DNA of 63,268 bases, filler included, from Perkinsus olseni (lineage: Eukaryota), in assembly GCA_013115125.1 (NCBI GenBank). It is 7 parts of 7 records of this genome, joined end to end, with 100 filler letters (N's around TTAATTAATTAA, not from the genome) between each part and the next. Parts side by side here need not be neighbours in the genome. Positions count along the whole stretch, not along the records: positions 36,073 to 46,348 come from JABANN010000891.1; positions 46,449 to 55,251 come from JABANN010000947.1; 5 more parts are not named here. One strand, given 5' to 3'. Of this stretch, positions 35,973 through 52,000 are shown in pieces. The first letter of the stretch is position 1; each line of letters starts with the position of its first letter. The translations under genes and the position numbers were made by a program. The notes under the pieces were generated by a model. It did no database searches. It saw only the letters and a program-made list of their open reading frames with translations, and was not told where the DNA came from.

Positions 35973-38900
35973 NNNNNNNNNNNNNNNNNNNNNNNNNNNN
36001 NNNNNNNNNNNNNNNNTTAATTAATTAANNNNNNNNNNNNNNNNNNNNNNNNNNNNNNNNNNNNNNNNNNNNTTAGTAATAGATTATTAATATTATATAT
36101 ATATATTATGATATAGTTAGTATTATTTTATTAGATATCTCCATAGATAAATATTACCTTTTTACCATCTAGATTTATATATTTATAGAGTACCTGATAT
36201 TATCTATTAATAGGCCATAAGGATATTATCATCTTGTATCCATTATATATAGTATTTATTATAAGTATATAGTCATTATTTTACCATGGTATAGTATTAA
36301 TAACATATTATTCTTATATCTAGAGGGTATAGTATATATTAAATAAATAAATAGTAATAGTTTACCCCATACAATAATATCTAGTATGTATAAATGTATA
36401 TATATATATAATAAATATATGTCTATTGTATATAAATATAATATTACCTTATATAGTATCTTAAGTATATATATATATTATTAATAATATTAGATCTATA
36501 ATATCTTAATCTAGTGAGTGTAATCTAATATATGTATTATAATAATATCTATAGAGTATATATACCTAATATTACCTTATAAGTATTATTCTATTATAAA
36601 TATATTATATATGTATAATTATAACATATTATTAGTATGGAGATATATTATTAATCTATATATAAATGATAGGTATTTTTATCTTAATATTATAACTTTA
36701 TATAGTATTATTAACTAGTAATGATATAATATGCTATAAATATAGAGGGCCATCCCTTAGTAATTATATTATATTATAAACTAATATATACTAATAAGTG
36801 ATATATGGCCATATAATAATATATATATTATCAGGTGATATAAGAATAATATAATAGTAAATCTAGTATAAAGATATAATAAATAAACCATGGTATTAAT
36901 AACTTATAATTATATAGTGCATTGTATATTATCATTATATATTATTTATTGATCCTATAATATTGTGTATTATAATATAATCCTATAGATAATGTTATTA
37001 TTAAAGTCTTATTATATTATAGCAATACCACTATTATTAATTTATTATATTATATGTATATTTATGTGGTATTGCCAGGGATTATATAAATATATATTAA
37101 TTTACAATAAAGACTATGGAGATAATCATATATATACTAGATTATTATAATTTAATATATTGACCGTTATAATATACATATGGAATATAATAATAAATAA
37201 ATATATAATAATCATAATGTATTTAATCTACTAGTAAATAGACTATAATAATATATAAATAATGATACTATAAAATATAAATTAGAAGTTTATTAGTAAT
37301 CCTAGTAACTAGTTAAATAATATATAATAGATAAATTATAAACTAATATTAATATATTATATATAATAAATATAACTAATATACTATAATAAATATATGG
37401 TAATAACTATAATATATACTATAACATAATAATAAGTTAATATAAATAAAAGTAATAATTAATATATAAATACATATAATGCAAGGTCATAGATATATAT
37501 ATATTATATTGATAGTGGTATATTATATTTCCTGGTAACCTACAAACTATATGTATAAATGCCAACCATTAACTTAGGATATATATACTATAGATTTACA
37601 TTAATATACAATGGATATAAATATATGTATAGAAGATATTACTAGAATTAATATATATTATATGATAGTGTTATTTATAATGATATTTAATATTAATGAA
37701 TATAGTTTGGTGGTCTAACTTATATAAAATAGATATATTAATTTTACTTAATACTTTATCTATAGCCACCATATCATAGTAAATAATATAATATAGGATA
37801 AATAATAGTAATGGTGGCTATTTATATATTAATCTATAGTTTTAATGTTATATCCACATAATCAATCCTCTATATCTATATACTATATATTGATACTTAT
37901 TCAAGATATATTTATAATGAGAATGATTATTAATTTAAATAAATCCTATAATAAATATAGATACTAAATATAATAATTTATAAATAGTTGATATAAAATA
38001 TAGGTTATAAATACTATTAATTCTCAGTAATAATATATTAACTAAGGTATAATAGTTATATATGTGGAATAATTTATAAAGATACTTAATATTAGTTTAA
38101 TAACTATTTATTATATTATTTATCAATATAATTACTATTAGATTAGTATTATACCTATAAATAATCATATTTATATACTATCAATAGACATTATAAATCC
38201 TATTACTAATAATATTATTAATCACTAAATATCTATATATTATAATTAACTAATCAAATATGGCCTCTATCAATAATAAATATGTATTCCTATATATCTA
38301 GTATAATACAGTAATCTATAATTATAATATAATAGTGATCAATATACTAAATACTGGTTATTAATACTATAGGGATATTATAATATATATTATATAAATA
38401 TTAGATATAAATAGATATACATATAGAGATTATTATTATTATTATACATACTTTATATTGTAATGATTATTATTTACCATACTATATTTAATAATATATA
38501 TAATTCCTTATCTATGGAGTGTAATATTGTTAATTTAATATATAATTATAAATATTAGTTAAATAAAGGTATATCTTAGTATATATTATTAGATATCAAG
38601 GGCACATATTATATATTATTGTTATATATACCTTATTACACTATATTTATTATATCCTTAACCTTATATTTACTAGTTATTAATATATGATCCATGGTAT
38701 TATAATAGAATATATTATATATTATTAGATCCTATTAATTTATATAAATATTAATAATTACTAATAGTGAGTGTATCTATATAATATAATATTATTTTCT
38801 ATTTATATTTAACTATCTTTATACATATACTATTATTAATATTCACTATTAATATTATAGGTAATTATAGATAAAGATAAGGTATTTAATATATATAACT

Positions 38901-40359
38901 ATTTATTATTATAATAATCATTATATACCATATATTATTAATAGTTAGTATATGATAATTAAAGGTATATATACATATTTATTAATATTACATATAAATC
39001 TATAGTATATAGATAATATTATAAACTAAGATATAATTATAACATATTAATAATAACAATACAATATTATAATAATTTAATATAATATTTACTAATATTA
39101 ATACACTCCATACTAATAGAGGGCCAATAAGTATATAATATCAATAAATAATAGTAGTAAAATATATATATAATTATAATAATATCTCTTTATACCCACT
39201 AATATATATATTAATATTATTATAATATGTTAATACTATAGTAAATCTAACCCTAATAATATTATAAATATATTAACATAAAGTATACATTTTACTAATA
39301 TATGATTATATGTAATATTATCCCTTTAGATTTATATATAATTAAGTACCATATATCTATTTACTATATTATATTAATCTATTATATATATAAGATACCT
39401 ATTAGGATAAGTATATAATTATAATTATAATATGTAATCTATTTAGTAATCTATCTAAAATATTAATATATATATAATCTTAGGTTATAACTATAATATT
39501 ATATCTCTTTATCTATCTAATAATAATAGTATATAATAGGTATTAATAATATATTATAAATTTATAAGTTATGGTATTTATTGTAATTTAATAATATAAA
39601 TATTAATTTAATGCCATCTGCTGTTTATTATATATTATTCTATTAGTGCAGATGGCTATATAATATATTAATTTATATATAAATCTAACATATTATTAAT
39701 TATTAGTGATATAAAGGGTATTATCTCCATAGTAATAAAAGGGATATATTAATCTAGTTGGTGTATTTATATTTATATTTACTATTATATTAATTATAGA
39801 TCTATATATTTATAAGTAAATCTTATATTAAAATGGCATAATATTCTTATATAGTATAATATGATATCATTAGTTTATACTTTAGTAATATTATATTACT
39901 TTATATATTAATACCTATACTATTATATCTTTATTGATAGTCATAATATATAAATATAGTTATCTATAGGTTTACCATGGAGTATATTATATTATAAAGA
40001 TACCTATAGTGCCATGGTAATATAAATTAATACTTATGAGGGCCATAGACTAGTAAATATATTATATTATAGTTATATATATTAATACTCTATTATTATT
40101 AGAAAGTTATATAAAGATAATAAATAAATAAATCTATATTGATAGTAATATTATTAGTTAGTATTTAATAAATATATGGTATATAATATCTAAAGGTTAT
40201 TATAAATACAATAATATATAATAAGTTTACCATGGAGATAAAGTATAGTATATTATAAAGTTAATATTATATATATAAATATATGGGTATAATACTAGTT
40301 AGATTACTAATTAAGGATATATATATATATTATAGGTATTATAATTACTATTACTCTAT

Positions 40360-41260
40360 AGATTTATATTGGGATCCATAATATAATATTTATTTACTTA
40401 TGATATATATAATAATTTAATACTGTATATTATACTGATAACCATATAATATTATAACATATTAATACTGATTATAAGATATCTAAATCTATATTCTTAT
40501 TCTATGGTAATATCTTATCAATAATAATTAATGTCTATCAATATGGAATATCTAATATTAAACCTAGGTATACATAATCATATATATATATATATAGTAA
40601 ACCCATATTTATGATAAACTATTATATTTTATTCTATAATATTATACTATAATTTCTAAATATAACTATTTATTTATTTACTATATTATTTATATATTAT
40701 AATCTATACTTATTAATATAAGGATATCTCCATGGTAAATATATGTCTATTTAATAATATATAGTATTATTATTCATATTAATTTACTAGGTATTCATAA
40801 TTTATATATTCCTATATTTACTATATAATACTATATCATTTCATATAAATATCATAAATTTATATAATATTCATTTCCATATATTATAATATCTACATTT
40901 AATCATAATATACTTTATATATAGTTATTAATATGTTTATCTCCATTAGATATTATAATTATTATAAATCTATGTGTTATTATAAATATATGTTATACCA
41001 ATAATAATTTATTATAAATTAATTGTAATATTTTATTTAATAACATTATTATATATACTTATAACTATTAATAGTAATAATATAATACCAATAATATACC
41101 ATAATTTATACTTTATTACAATATAGACTATAGAAATATATATAAGATTATACCTCTATTAATTATTAAATACTATATATTATTACTATAAACTATATTA
41201 ATATAAATATATCACACCTTAATATTTCTAGATGATACTAAATACTTATAATCATTACTA
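40360..41260 (+). pseudogene. Highly decayed cox1 relic (3' half)
   Basis: Colinear nucleotide anchors to the intact cox1: GGGATCCATAA (HPE) ~40371, TCTATGGTAATATC ~40501, AATCATATATAT (HHIY) ~40576, TCATTTCCATATATTAT (HFH) ~40871, AATATAAATATATCACACCT ~41200, CTAGATGATACTA (PRR) ~41228. Manual alignment in low-complexity DNA. Confidence 0.5.
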
Positions 41261-42339
41261 TTATCATAAATATGGTATTATAATATATTATTATATGTTA
41301 TACTGGCATTAGTTAGGAATATATTATATTTATGGTATTCTGTATATTAGATTATAAATTACCTTATGATATCTAATAATTATACTATATACTACATATT
41401 TATATTATTTACCATATATTATTTTATATTATATTTAATAGTATATTTTATAGTAATATGATACATAGATTAATAAGTTAATAAATACTATATGAAATAA
41501 TATACAATATTTTATAATAAATGAATAATATTAATAAATAAATTCATAATAATAATTATAATAATAGTATATAACGTACTAATAATAGTAAATATCGTAT
41601 ATCTTATCATATTAATCTAGTATATACCGTACATAATATATTATATATACTGTAGGCATTATTAAAGATATATTATTATTTTATCCCTCTATTAATATGG
41701 GCCAATACAATATACTAACATTATATACCTTAATAATACCATAAATAGTATCACATATAGAATAATTTATCATTAAATATATAAAGATATACTATTATCC
41801 ATATAAGGGCCTTTATAAAACCAGAACTACATAATATTAATAATGGGGTAATTTATATTATATACCATGATATAGTCTATATTATTATATATTAATATAT
41901 GGTATTATCTATTAATAATCTAAGGTATATGATATATTAAACAGTAAATCTATTTATAATAAATATGTTAAAGCATATCAATTATATATACATAAACTTA
42001 ATAATAAATAATATATATGATTATAATATAGTAATTTAATACCTAATATTTATATTTACCTTTAATATTATACTATGGAGACAACAATAATATGTTACTA
42101 TATAAATAGAATATTATATAAGAATTAATATTAAGATAATATAAATATATGAATATCAATATATAGAAATATCTAGGATAATAAATAAAGAATTATATGG
42201 AATAAATATATGGTATTAATAAATAAAGATATTATTGTATGGTAATTATATAGAATATTAATACTAGTTTATGGGATTATCTATATTATGGGCTATAACC
42301 TACAATTACTATATATTATAATATGGATTTAATATGTTA

Positions 42340-42430
42340 TAGGAATATATAGTTTAATATCATGTATAATAATCATTAAATTATAGTTATTATCATATTT
42401 TATATAAATAATATATTATCTTTATTACAT
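42340..42430 (-). pseudogene. Decayed cox1 5' relic
   Basis: Minus strand AAATATGATAAT-AACTATAAT...TACATG matches cox1 33909-33954 (KYDN..YYN...LHG). Confidence 0.4.
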
Positions 42431-43919
42431 ATTAGGTATATTATTAATCAGTATATTACATCATAATAAATATATTTATTAATATATTAGGTACTTATAG
42501 ATTTATATAAAGGGTTTGCATTAATTAATTTATTATTATTATATTTATATATAGTATAGCAAACCCTTATTTATCTCTTTATATACTCTATTACCTTATA
42601 TTATACCTTAATTTATGATAAAGTATATATTATTACTAATAATACCCACATTACATATATTTATATATAAAGATATATATTATATTATTACTCTATAGAT
42701 AACTAACTAGATTAACAAGGTAATAATATTATTAAGTTATAATAAAGGCATTAATATTATAATATACTCTATAGTAATATAAGTTAATATTAAATATCAT
42801 ACACTCCATAGATTTACTTAATAATATACCTTTATAGTATATATATATATAATATAGGAATACTAATAACTTGATATATATATTAACTATGGATATTATG
42901 ATAGATTTATACCTAATTACCTTATATAGTGATAAAATATATATTACTAACTATCTATAAATATACATACTAGATATATATGTAATTATTATACTCTCTA
43001 TATATATATAATATTAATAAAAGATAATACATTAATTTATACCCTATATCATAATATCATAATATACTATATTAAGTTATATTTATATATAAATATATAT
43101 GATATTTAATAAAGAATAAAATAAAGACATAAATACCTATAAATAAATATAATATATAGTTAATTAAATACCTAATATCTTATTATTATGAGTATATCTA
43201 TAGTTATATTAATACTAATATTAGGTCTATAAATATATTCTATGGGTTATTTCCTAATATATTAATATAAAGTAAACCATATGTAATTATACCATAGATT
43301 AACACTATAGATATATATATATATAATAGTAATATCATGTAAATATTGATATAATTAATAGTAATCATGGTATAATAAATAAGATATTATAAATTAATAG
43401 AAATAGTAATATATATATATAACCATAGATTATAATACATATAATGATTTAACCCTGTATTAAGATAATCTTATCTATATACATAACTAATATATTTATT
43501 ACCTATTGATAAACCTATATAATTAAAGGCATTATTATAACATATTTATATAATACACTATTTATCATATATTAATAGATTAGGGCATTCTTAGTATTAA
43601 TTATAAGTTTATATACTATACTAATATAATATATTTAAATTTACCCATTATTTAAAATAATAATTATAAATATATAAAGAAATAAATAATATTAGTAATA
43701 TATAAATGAAATATTATGATAAAGTAGATAAATAAATATTAGAATATGATATAAATATTTATATAGGATAAATAATATAGATAAACTATAGAATATTAAT
43801 AAGATAAAATAGTATATTATGTATGCCTATATTATAGATAGTATATGGTATTGGATAAGTATATCATAAATTATATCACTATGTATTAATAACATAATAA
43901 TGAATCTATAAATATATAT

Positions 43920-44790
43920 AATCTATATTATCACCATCTATATCTTATTATTGAATATTTATGATTTCTACTTTCATTTACCATATTAAATTATATCATG
44001 ATATCTAATAGATTATACACTATTAATACAATATAATATAATATAGCCAATATACCAGATAATAGTGATATGTAGAATTATATAGTATATTAATATTTAT
44101 ATCTTAGATCTTATATAATAATACAGATAGTCATGCAATATCATAATAAAGGACCATATAATATTATATTAAATACGATATATACATATAGTGGCCATAT
44201 TATAGATATCTATATATATACTAATAAATACAGTAATGGCCACTATTAATATTATAATTTAATAATCTATAGGTCAGTATATAATATGTATAGTATGGCT
44301 ATATAGGATAATATAATATTTTATTAATATTTCTTCACTTATCTTTATAGGTATTATAATGGTCTAATCATCCTATTAATATTAATAGTACATATTAGGT
44401 ATTATAAATAATTATAAATATCTATAATATTATTACCATATAATATAAGGTTTTATAATATGAGCATATTACTATATTTAATTAAAAATGAGTATATCTA
44501 TATTAATAATATTTAATATATTGATTCCTTATTAATATTATAATGATACTTTAATGGTCTTGTAATATCTAGATTTATATAAACTATATTTATAATAGGT
44601 TTACATTATTTATATATTATATTATTATGAATATTTTCGATATTATATATTATCAATTATTTATTGATATACTAATATTAAGGATTATTTATAAGTATTT
44701 ATATTTAATATTATATGATAATTTATTTCATCTAGTCATATTATTATAACTATTTATATATTATATTAACTATAGATTGATACTCCATAG
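43920..44790 (+). pseudogene. Possible highly decayed cob relic
   Basis: Colinear cytochrome b-like anchors across frames and stops: PSISYYW, FLLS, YT, HA, YIH, VWLY[AGG]II...FIG, SY*, LPY, LIP, LH, IKD, SH, TP, with roughly cob-like spacing. Confidence 0.35.
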
Positions 44791-47700
44791 ATTTAAACAT
44801 TATAATCTCCATACTATATATTAATATTAATTATATTATATTCTAATAATTAGCCATAGACCTTAGACTATATATCAGGTATTAGTAAATAAGTACTATA
44901 GTATATTATATTATTAGTAATAAAATATAGATATAACCTTAATAATATTACTAGATTACCTATAATTATATACTTATTATAATATTATAATATCTACTAT
45001 ATAAACCTAGTTAGTATAAAGGGATATTATTAATAATAAATATAAAGCCCTCCATAGATTAAGTCTATTAATAATATAAGTTAATATAATATATATTATC
45101 TTATCTCAATAGTTATTATATTATATATCATTATAATATATATTAAAGACTAATAAATCTTATCTTATAAATTATCCTAATATATCTCCATATTACTAAT
45201 AAATATATGATATAGTATAAATATTAGTATAGAGTATAAATATGTAATTACTAATACAATAAATACCTTATATATATGTATAAATAATATTATAGTTAGT
45301 ATAAATATACATATTAATCTATAGAGTATAAATAGATACCTTAATAAACTATCAAGATAATATTAATATAGATATCCTTATAATACTAGTTATCATTAAT
45401 ATCTTGTTATATCTAATACACTTATTTATTCCCCTAAATCTATGGTGTATTATAACTAATAAATATATACTTAATATCATGTTATTATAATATCTAGTTA
45501 TTAATAATAGGTTATCTAAGCCTTGCATTAATATAAATAAGTATATATAATAAATATAATAATAAATATGCAAGGCTTTATATAAATCTATGATAATCTG
45601 TAATATAGTGATATGCATACCTAAGATATTATATAAATATATAGTCTAAGGTAATAATATAAAGTAATATATAAATAAATATAACTTATAAATAGTTAAT
45701 TACTAATAATAATCATAAGTTTATATAGATATCTATAGAGTATAAATTAATATGTTATTTTATATATTAACTATCTATTAAAACTTACTATATAAATTAA
45801 TAATGTATTATATATATATCTCCAGAGATAAAAGATCTTATATACAATATTAATATATATTTAATATCTCCATTGGGTTATATATACTTTAATGTGATAT
45901 TATTATAATATAATAGTATGGTATAAATCTAGATTTATAGGGTATTAATAATGAAATAATACAAAGAATATAGTTATAATAATATAGATAGATTTATATA
46001 TACCATTAAATATATTACTAAGTGCTAATATCATCATAATCATATATATATATATATTAAATATTATTACATAACCATAGATTAAGATAGATATATTTAT
46101 ATAATTACTAGTTAGTATATTAGATTATAACATTATATATATGTAATTAATATATATTATTAAGAATAGTGTATTGCATTAGTATATGGCTTTCTGTTAA
46201 CTAATAATATATATAATATCTAAATATATATACAGAAAGCCTTTATCTCCATAGTATAACTTTATCAATATCAACTCCATATTATAATTTATATTTACTA
46301 TTAAAATACACATGTTTATATTTATATATCTTATTGCTATTCCCAATANNNNNNNNNNNNNNNNNNNNNNNNNNNNNNNNNNNNNNNNNNNNTTAATTAA
46401 TTAANNNNNNNNNNNNNNNNNNNNNNNNNNNNNNNNNNNNNNNNNNNNTTAAATATCTAATAAATCATATAATGGTAAATACCTAATTATGTAGTAATAT
46501 TACCTATAATTATAAGCCCTGGTACTAATATTATATGGTAATAAAGTATATTATAGATTTATAACTAACCAGGGCTATATACCTAATATAACATAATATA
46601 ATAATGATGGCCCATAGTTTATATTTAATAGATATTTATAGTATAAGGCCATCATATAGTATAATATAAACTAGTATATTTATAGGATATTAATACTCTA
46701 TATTGATACTCTATATGCAGGGCTTATTATAATTTAGTATTAGTGGGCATATATAATATTATACTTAGTAATATCTATATAGAATATCTAAACCATACTA
46801 TAACAATATATTATCAGGGGTATAATTACCTATATATATATTATTATGATATTATATTATATTCATAAAGATAGTATATTATTATTAATTATAATAGTGT
46901 AATTATGATATATTTATATACAATATTAATACTTTATAATACTATTTTATCTATTTAGTACTTTATAATATATTAAGATATAAACTAATTATTATTATCT
47001 ATGTATGGTTACTAGTATATTATATGTTATAGCCATAGCCCTATTATTAATATATTATTATATACTGATACAGGTTATTATATTAATAGGTATAGTCCCA
47101 TGGAGATAGTATATATTATTATCTTGATAATGGCCCTCTATTAGTATTAGTCTATATTATAAGGGATCCTATTTATATATTATTCATTATTAGGGATATA
47201 TTTATACTAACTAGAGGGTAATATATTATCTATAGGGTATTATCACTATTTATCCCTATATAAGGTATTAGTATATATTAAGTTAATATAAAGTATCATA
47301 TAATATAAATCTATATCGAATATTACCTTAATCATGCCATCATATATTATATTAAATAGATATCATCCTTTATAAATCTAGTTAGTATATTATGATACTA
47401 TATTAAATATTGATCCTTGATATTATAGGCCTAACTATATTATATAGATCACTATAAATAATAATATCTCCCTTAATAATATCATGTATATAGATAGTAT
47501 ATATTTATATAAATCTATGTCCTAATTAGTATTATTTATAATATCATGTATAAATCTATGGGGTATAAAGTTAGGTATAAATCTAGAGGGTATATCCCTT
47601 TATTACATATTATTAATATCCTTTATACCTATTATATTTATAGTGATATATAATCATAGTATAAAGATTATAGTATAATATATATTATTATAGACTATTA

Positions 47701-48559
47701 AACTAACTAGATATTGATAAAAATAATATACCCTAACATATAATATAATATAATTTTATTACTATTTATACAATATCAACTATTATCATATATATAGAGG
47801 TATATAAAGATATAAAATATACTAATGCAATAATATCACTAATATCACATGTTATTATTTATACTGGTTATGTATATATATTTATATAAGTAACTATATT
47901 TATATATACCCATATGCTATTAATAATTAAATATATAATATCCCCATTATTAGGTATTTATTAGTACTTTATTAATATATCTATTATTATATTATAACAT
48001 AGATTACCTTATAAACTAATAATTAAATATAGATTTATATATATATATGCATAGTCTATTATTATATAAGTATATAAATTAATGATATAGTATTATTTTA
48101 GTATCAATAAAATAGAATAAATATATACCTTTCTTATTATTATCATATAATCTATAAGGTAGTATTTAATATATATATATATCATATTAGTATATTTACA
48201 CTAACATATCATAATTTATAGTGGATTAATATTATCTCCATAAATAATAGTAATATTATAAATAAACAATAGATATATATATAAGGCCCTAAGGAATACC
48301 ATAATTTACTATATTCTATATCTATTTAATATTATGATATCACTATTCTATGGGTTTATATATTAATAATAGATAGATCATATTGTTAGGATTATAATAT
48401 TATACCTTAGATATTAATATTAAGTTATGGATATATATTAGTATAGTTTATTTTATTAAATGATAGTATATTATATTACTATACCTCCCTATAGAATACA
48501 AGATGCCTAATATGTATATATATCTATAATATACTTTAATATGTATTATACTATATACC

Positions 48560-48705
48560 TCTATTGCGGACATATATAGTTATATTCGTTATTATCATAT
48601 AGTATATTACCGATATCAATAGATTATACATATACTCTATATTATATATTAAGGATTATATTAGATTATACTACATAGATTAAAATAACCCTTTCATCGC
48701 CATAG
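48560..48705 (-). rRNA. Candidate rRNA fragment(s), SSU central-domain-like
   Basis: Cluster of otherwise rare CpGs. Minus-strand GGCGATGAAAG, ATTGATATCGGTAAT, TAACGA and GTCCGCAA weakly echo conserved rRNA motifs. Confidence 0.25.
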
Positions 48706-48971
48706 ATTAATATAAATATTATCATATAATATAATTTATCGTAATCAATACTTTATGTAAATTTATTATATATAGATTATATTATAACATATATTAATTA
48801 TTATTTATTGTATTATTAATGATATATTTATACAATATTGATTATATTATATTAATTACCTAGATATAATAGTATATTAATTAGTCTTTATTTAAATAAG
48901 GATATTTATACTATAGTGTATTAATAACATATAAATCATGATAGATTAACTTAATATAATAAAATATATAT

Positions 48972-49022
48972 TTACAATTACTAATATACCAGCAATTACC
49001 ATATTACGACTTAAACCATTAT
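48972..49022 (-). rRNA. SSU rRNA 3'-terminal fragment (h44 3' strand plus h45; SSUF-like)
   Basis: Minus strand AAGTCGTAATATGGTA (49012-48997) is 14/16 identical to the universal AAGTCGTAACAAGGTA. It is followed by the hairpin AAUUGCUGG-UAUA-UUAGUAAUU in the h45 position. Confidence 0.75.
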
Positions 49023-52000
49023 TATTAAATAGATCTTATCCTATATTATACCTTAATAATACTATAATATTAGGACTATATATACTGTATATCTATCTTA
49101 TATGGATATTGGTATAATGATATATTCTAATATAGTATGGTTTAGTACTAATTATATGATAATATTTAATAAAGATATATATACGATATTATACATAAAT
49201 ACCAATATCTGTATATTATAGCCTATATTTATAAGATAAACTACTATATTATACCAATATTTAATAGTAAGATCTATAGCCTATGGATATTATATATATA
49301 TAACTCCATATATTACCTTAATTATAATATAATATCTGTATCTATGGAGGGTCTATTAACTAATAATTTAATATCTATATATACCTATAATAATACAGAC
49401 CCTCATATTATAATAATATATAATTAAGATAGATTTATACTTATGTTTATACTAACTATTTAATATTAAGTAAATAATATATATTATTATATAATAGATT
49501 AATAAAGGATATTAATATGATATTATAGGGTATAAAATTAGTATATTAAATAGAAGAATATATTATAATAATGATAAATATGAATAATTATATTGAATAC
49601 CAGTAAAATAGTGAATATATATATAGTTTTATAATTATAATTTATAATATGTTTTTATTTTATTACTAGATAATGATTTAAAATATATACTATAAGCTTC
49701 TGTATATTTATGATATATTAACCAGATATAATATATACTATTATGATAATATTATTAATTAGGTATTTATGCTCTATAGGTTTATAGTATAGTTTAATCA
49801 ATACAGATTTATATATACCTTTCATCAATATAGATCTATATACTAACTATAGGATATTATATAACCTGAATATATATATTAAGATATCCTTAGGTTTATA
49901 TATTGATAATTTATATAGTATTAATAATAATGACATCATATCTATGGGATAAAGGTATAATATTAATATAATACCACCACCCTGTATTAAGATTATCCAT
50001 GGTTTTATCATATTATTACATACTATATTATATGCCATCTGTATATATTACTTTATAAATCATATTATATTATTATACCTATAGGATATTGATATTCTAA
50101 CTATTAGATAATATTATATTATTATTAATACAAAGCCCTATATACCTTATATTATTATATATCATTAAATTACATTATATTATAATAAAATAGACTATAT
50201 ACCACATGTAATATATAATATAAATACCTATTTAATAACCATATATTATTACTGATAGCATAAAGTACTGTATATATACTATTATAAAGGGTGATAAATA
50301 ATATAAACTATTAGATTACAGTATAATATATATACCATATAGATAAGATATTACATTTATATATTTATTATCCCCTATAATAAGTATTAGTGCTTATATT
50401 ATTAATAGTTATCTATAGATTAAGGTATCATAAAGCCATATTTATATATTATTAATGGCCCACCTTACTATATTATTATTATTTATTAGTGGGCCATACT
50501 CCATAGATTATGATCCTAGGTATTATTTCATTATATATTATAACCAATAGCACATTATTATTATTATATTTATATTGTATTTATTTATATATAATGCTAT
50601 TGGTATTAGATTATGCCCCTGTATTGTTATAATAATTTAATATATATTGACAGGGGCATATCATACATATTATTATAATAGGGTATATTAGATATTAGTA
50701 ATACATATATTATTAGATATTAGATATCCTTTATACTCCATAGACTAGTAATAATATATAGTAACCTACCAAACTAATAATTATAAATTTATATATAGGG
50801 CCCTAAGATACCTAGATTATTATAATATGATAGAGGGCCCTAATACTATAGGGATAAATATATGTATTTATTAATATAATAACATTAATATATTATACTA
50901 TATTATATTATGACATTATATTATCCTTTAATCTATATATAGTCTATTAATTATAATATTGTATATATTTAGTTGGATAAAATATATATTAAATAGTGAT
51001 AATTTAATGCCTAGGTGATATTATTATAAATATTATTATAATCTATTAATATATATAAATGATAGGCACTGGTATAATATAATAATATAATCTTTAGGTA
51101 ATATTATAACTAAATATCTATATATTTACATTAGTATGGATTAGCCTATAATATTATAATTATATGTAGATTACTATATATATATTGATGATAAAAACTA
51201 TGTATAATATTATATGTTTATATGATTAATAATTAATATATTAGAATATGGTATATATGTAGTATTATCTTAATTTAATATCTATAGTATTATTTAACAT
51301 ATTATTAGCTATTACTATAGGCTCCTTATTATAATATTATTAAGATATTGATATACTATATAAACCTAATAGTAATGGTAATAATATACTAATTATAAAG
51401 TTATTATATTAATATTAATATTTTAACTAATAGTATAACTAATCCCTATATATAGTAATATCTATTATTAGTACTAGGGTTTATTGATATAAATATAAAT
51501 ATTAGTAAATTTAATATATGATAATTAAGATAGATATTGATAAAATATAGCCAATGGTGTATAAATTTAAATATAATATATATTTTTAGGTAATCCATTA
51601 GCATTAAATAATTAATAACGACCATAGATGATTATGCCCATATAATATATATTTATAATTAATATTAAATACTATCTAGTTATTATATTATATTATACCT
51701 TATCATATAGATACATAAATATATAATATTATGTGATAATAAATAAACCCTAAATATAGATTATATATAGGTATAGGTAATATTAAATAATGGGATATAT
51801 ACTATAATTATAATTATAAAGAACTAGATATTATTGTAATATATCATAATAGTGTATTTATATATCCCATATTAATATTTATAGTAAAATAAGGTAATCC
51901 TAATAGTTAATATTATATTAAATGAGTATATATATATCCTAATACATATTAATAGACTATGTTATAATTATATATTAATATATTTATATTATTATTGTAT

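Noticed and set aside
41232-41350. NHYYYHKYG...LYWH as the cox3 C-terminus
   Set aside because: Bounded by TAG on both sides, no FVD/FVE continuation in any frame, and partly overlaps the cox1 relic.
45352-45618. 88-aa ORF as cox3 or a new mitochondrial gene
   Set aside because: I/Y/L/N-rich low-complexity translation, no cox3 motifs, spans a hairpin; plausible by chance.
49847-50038. 63-aa ORF
   Set aside because: No recognisable motif and contains Cys; consistent with AT-rich noise.
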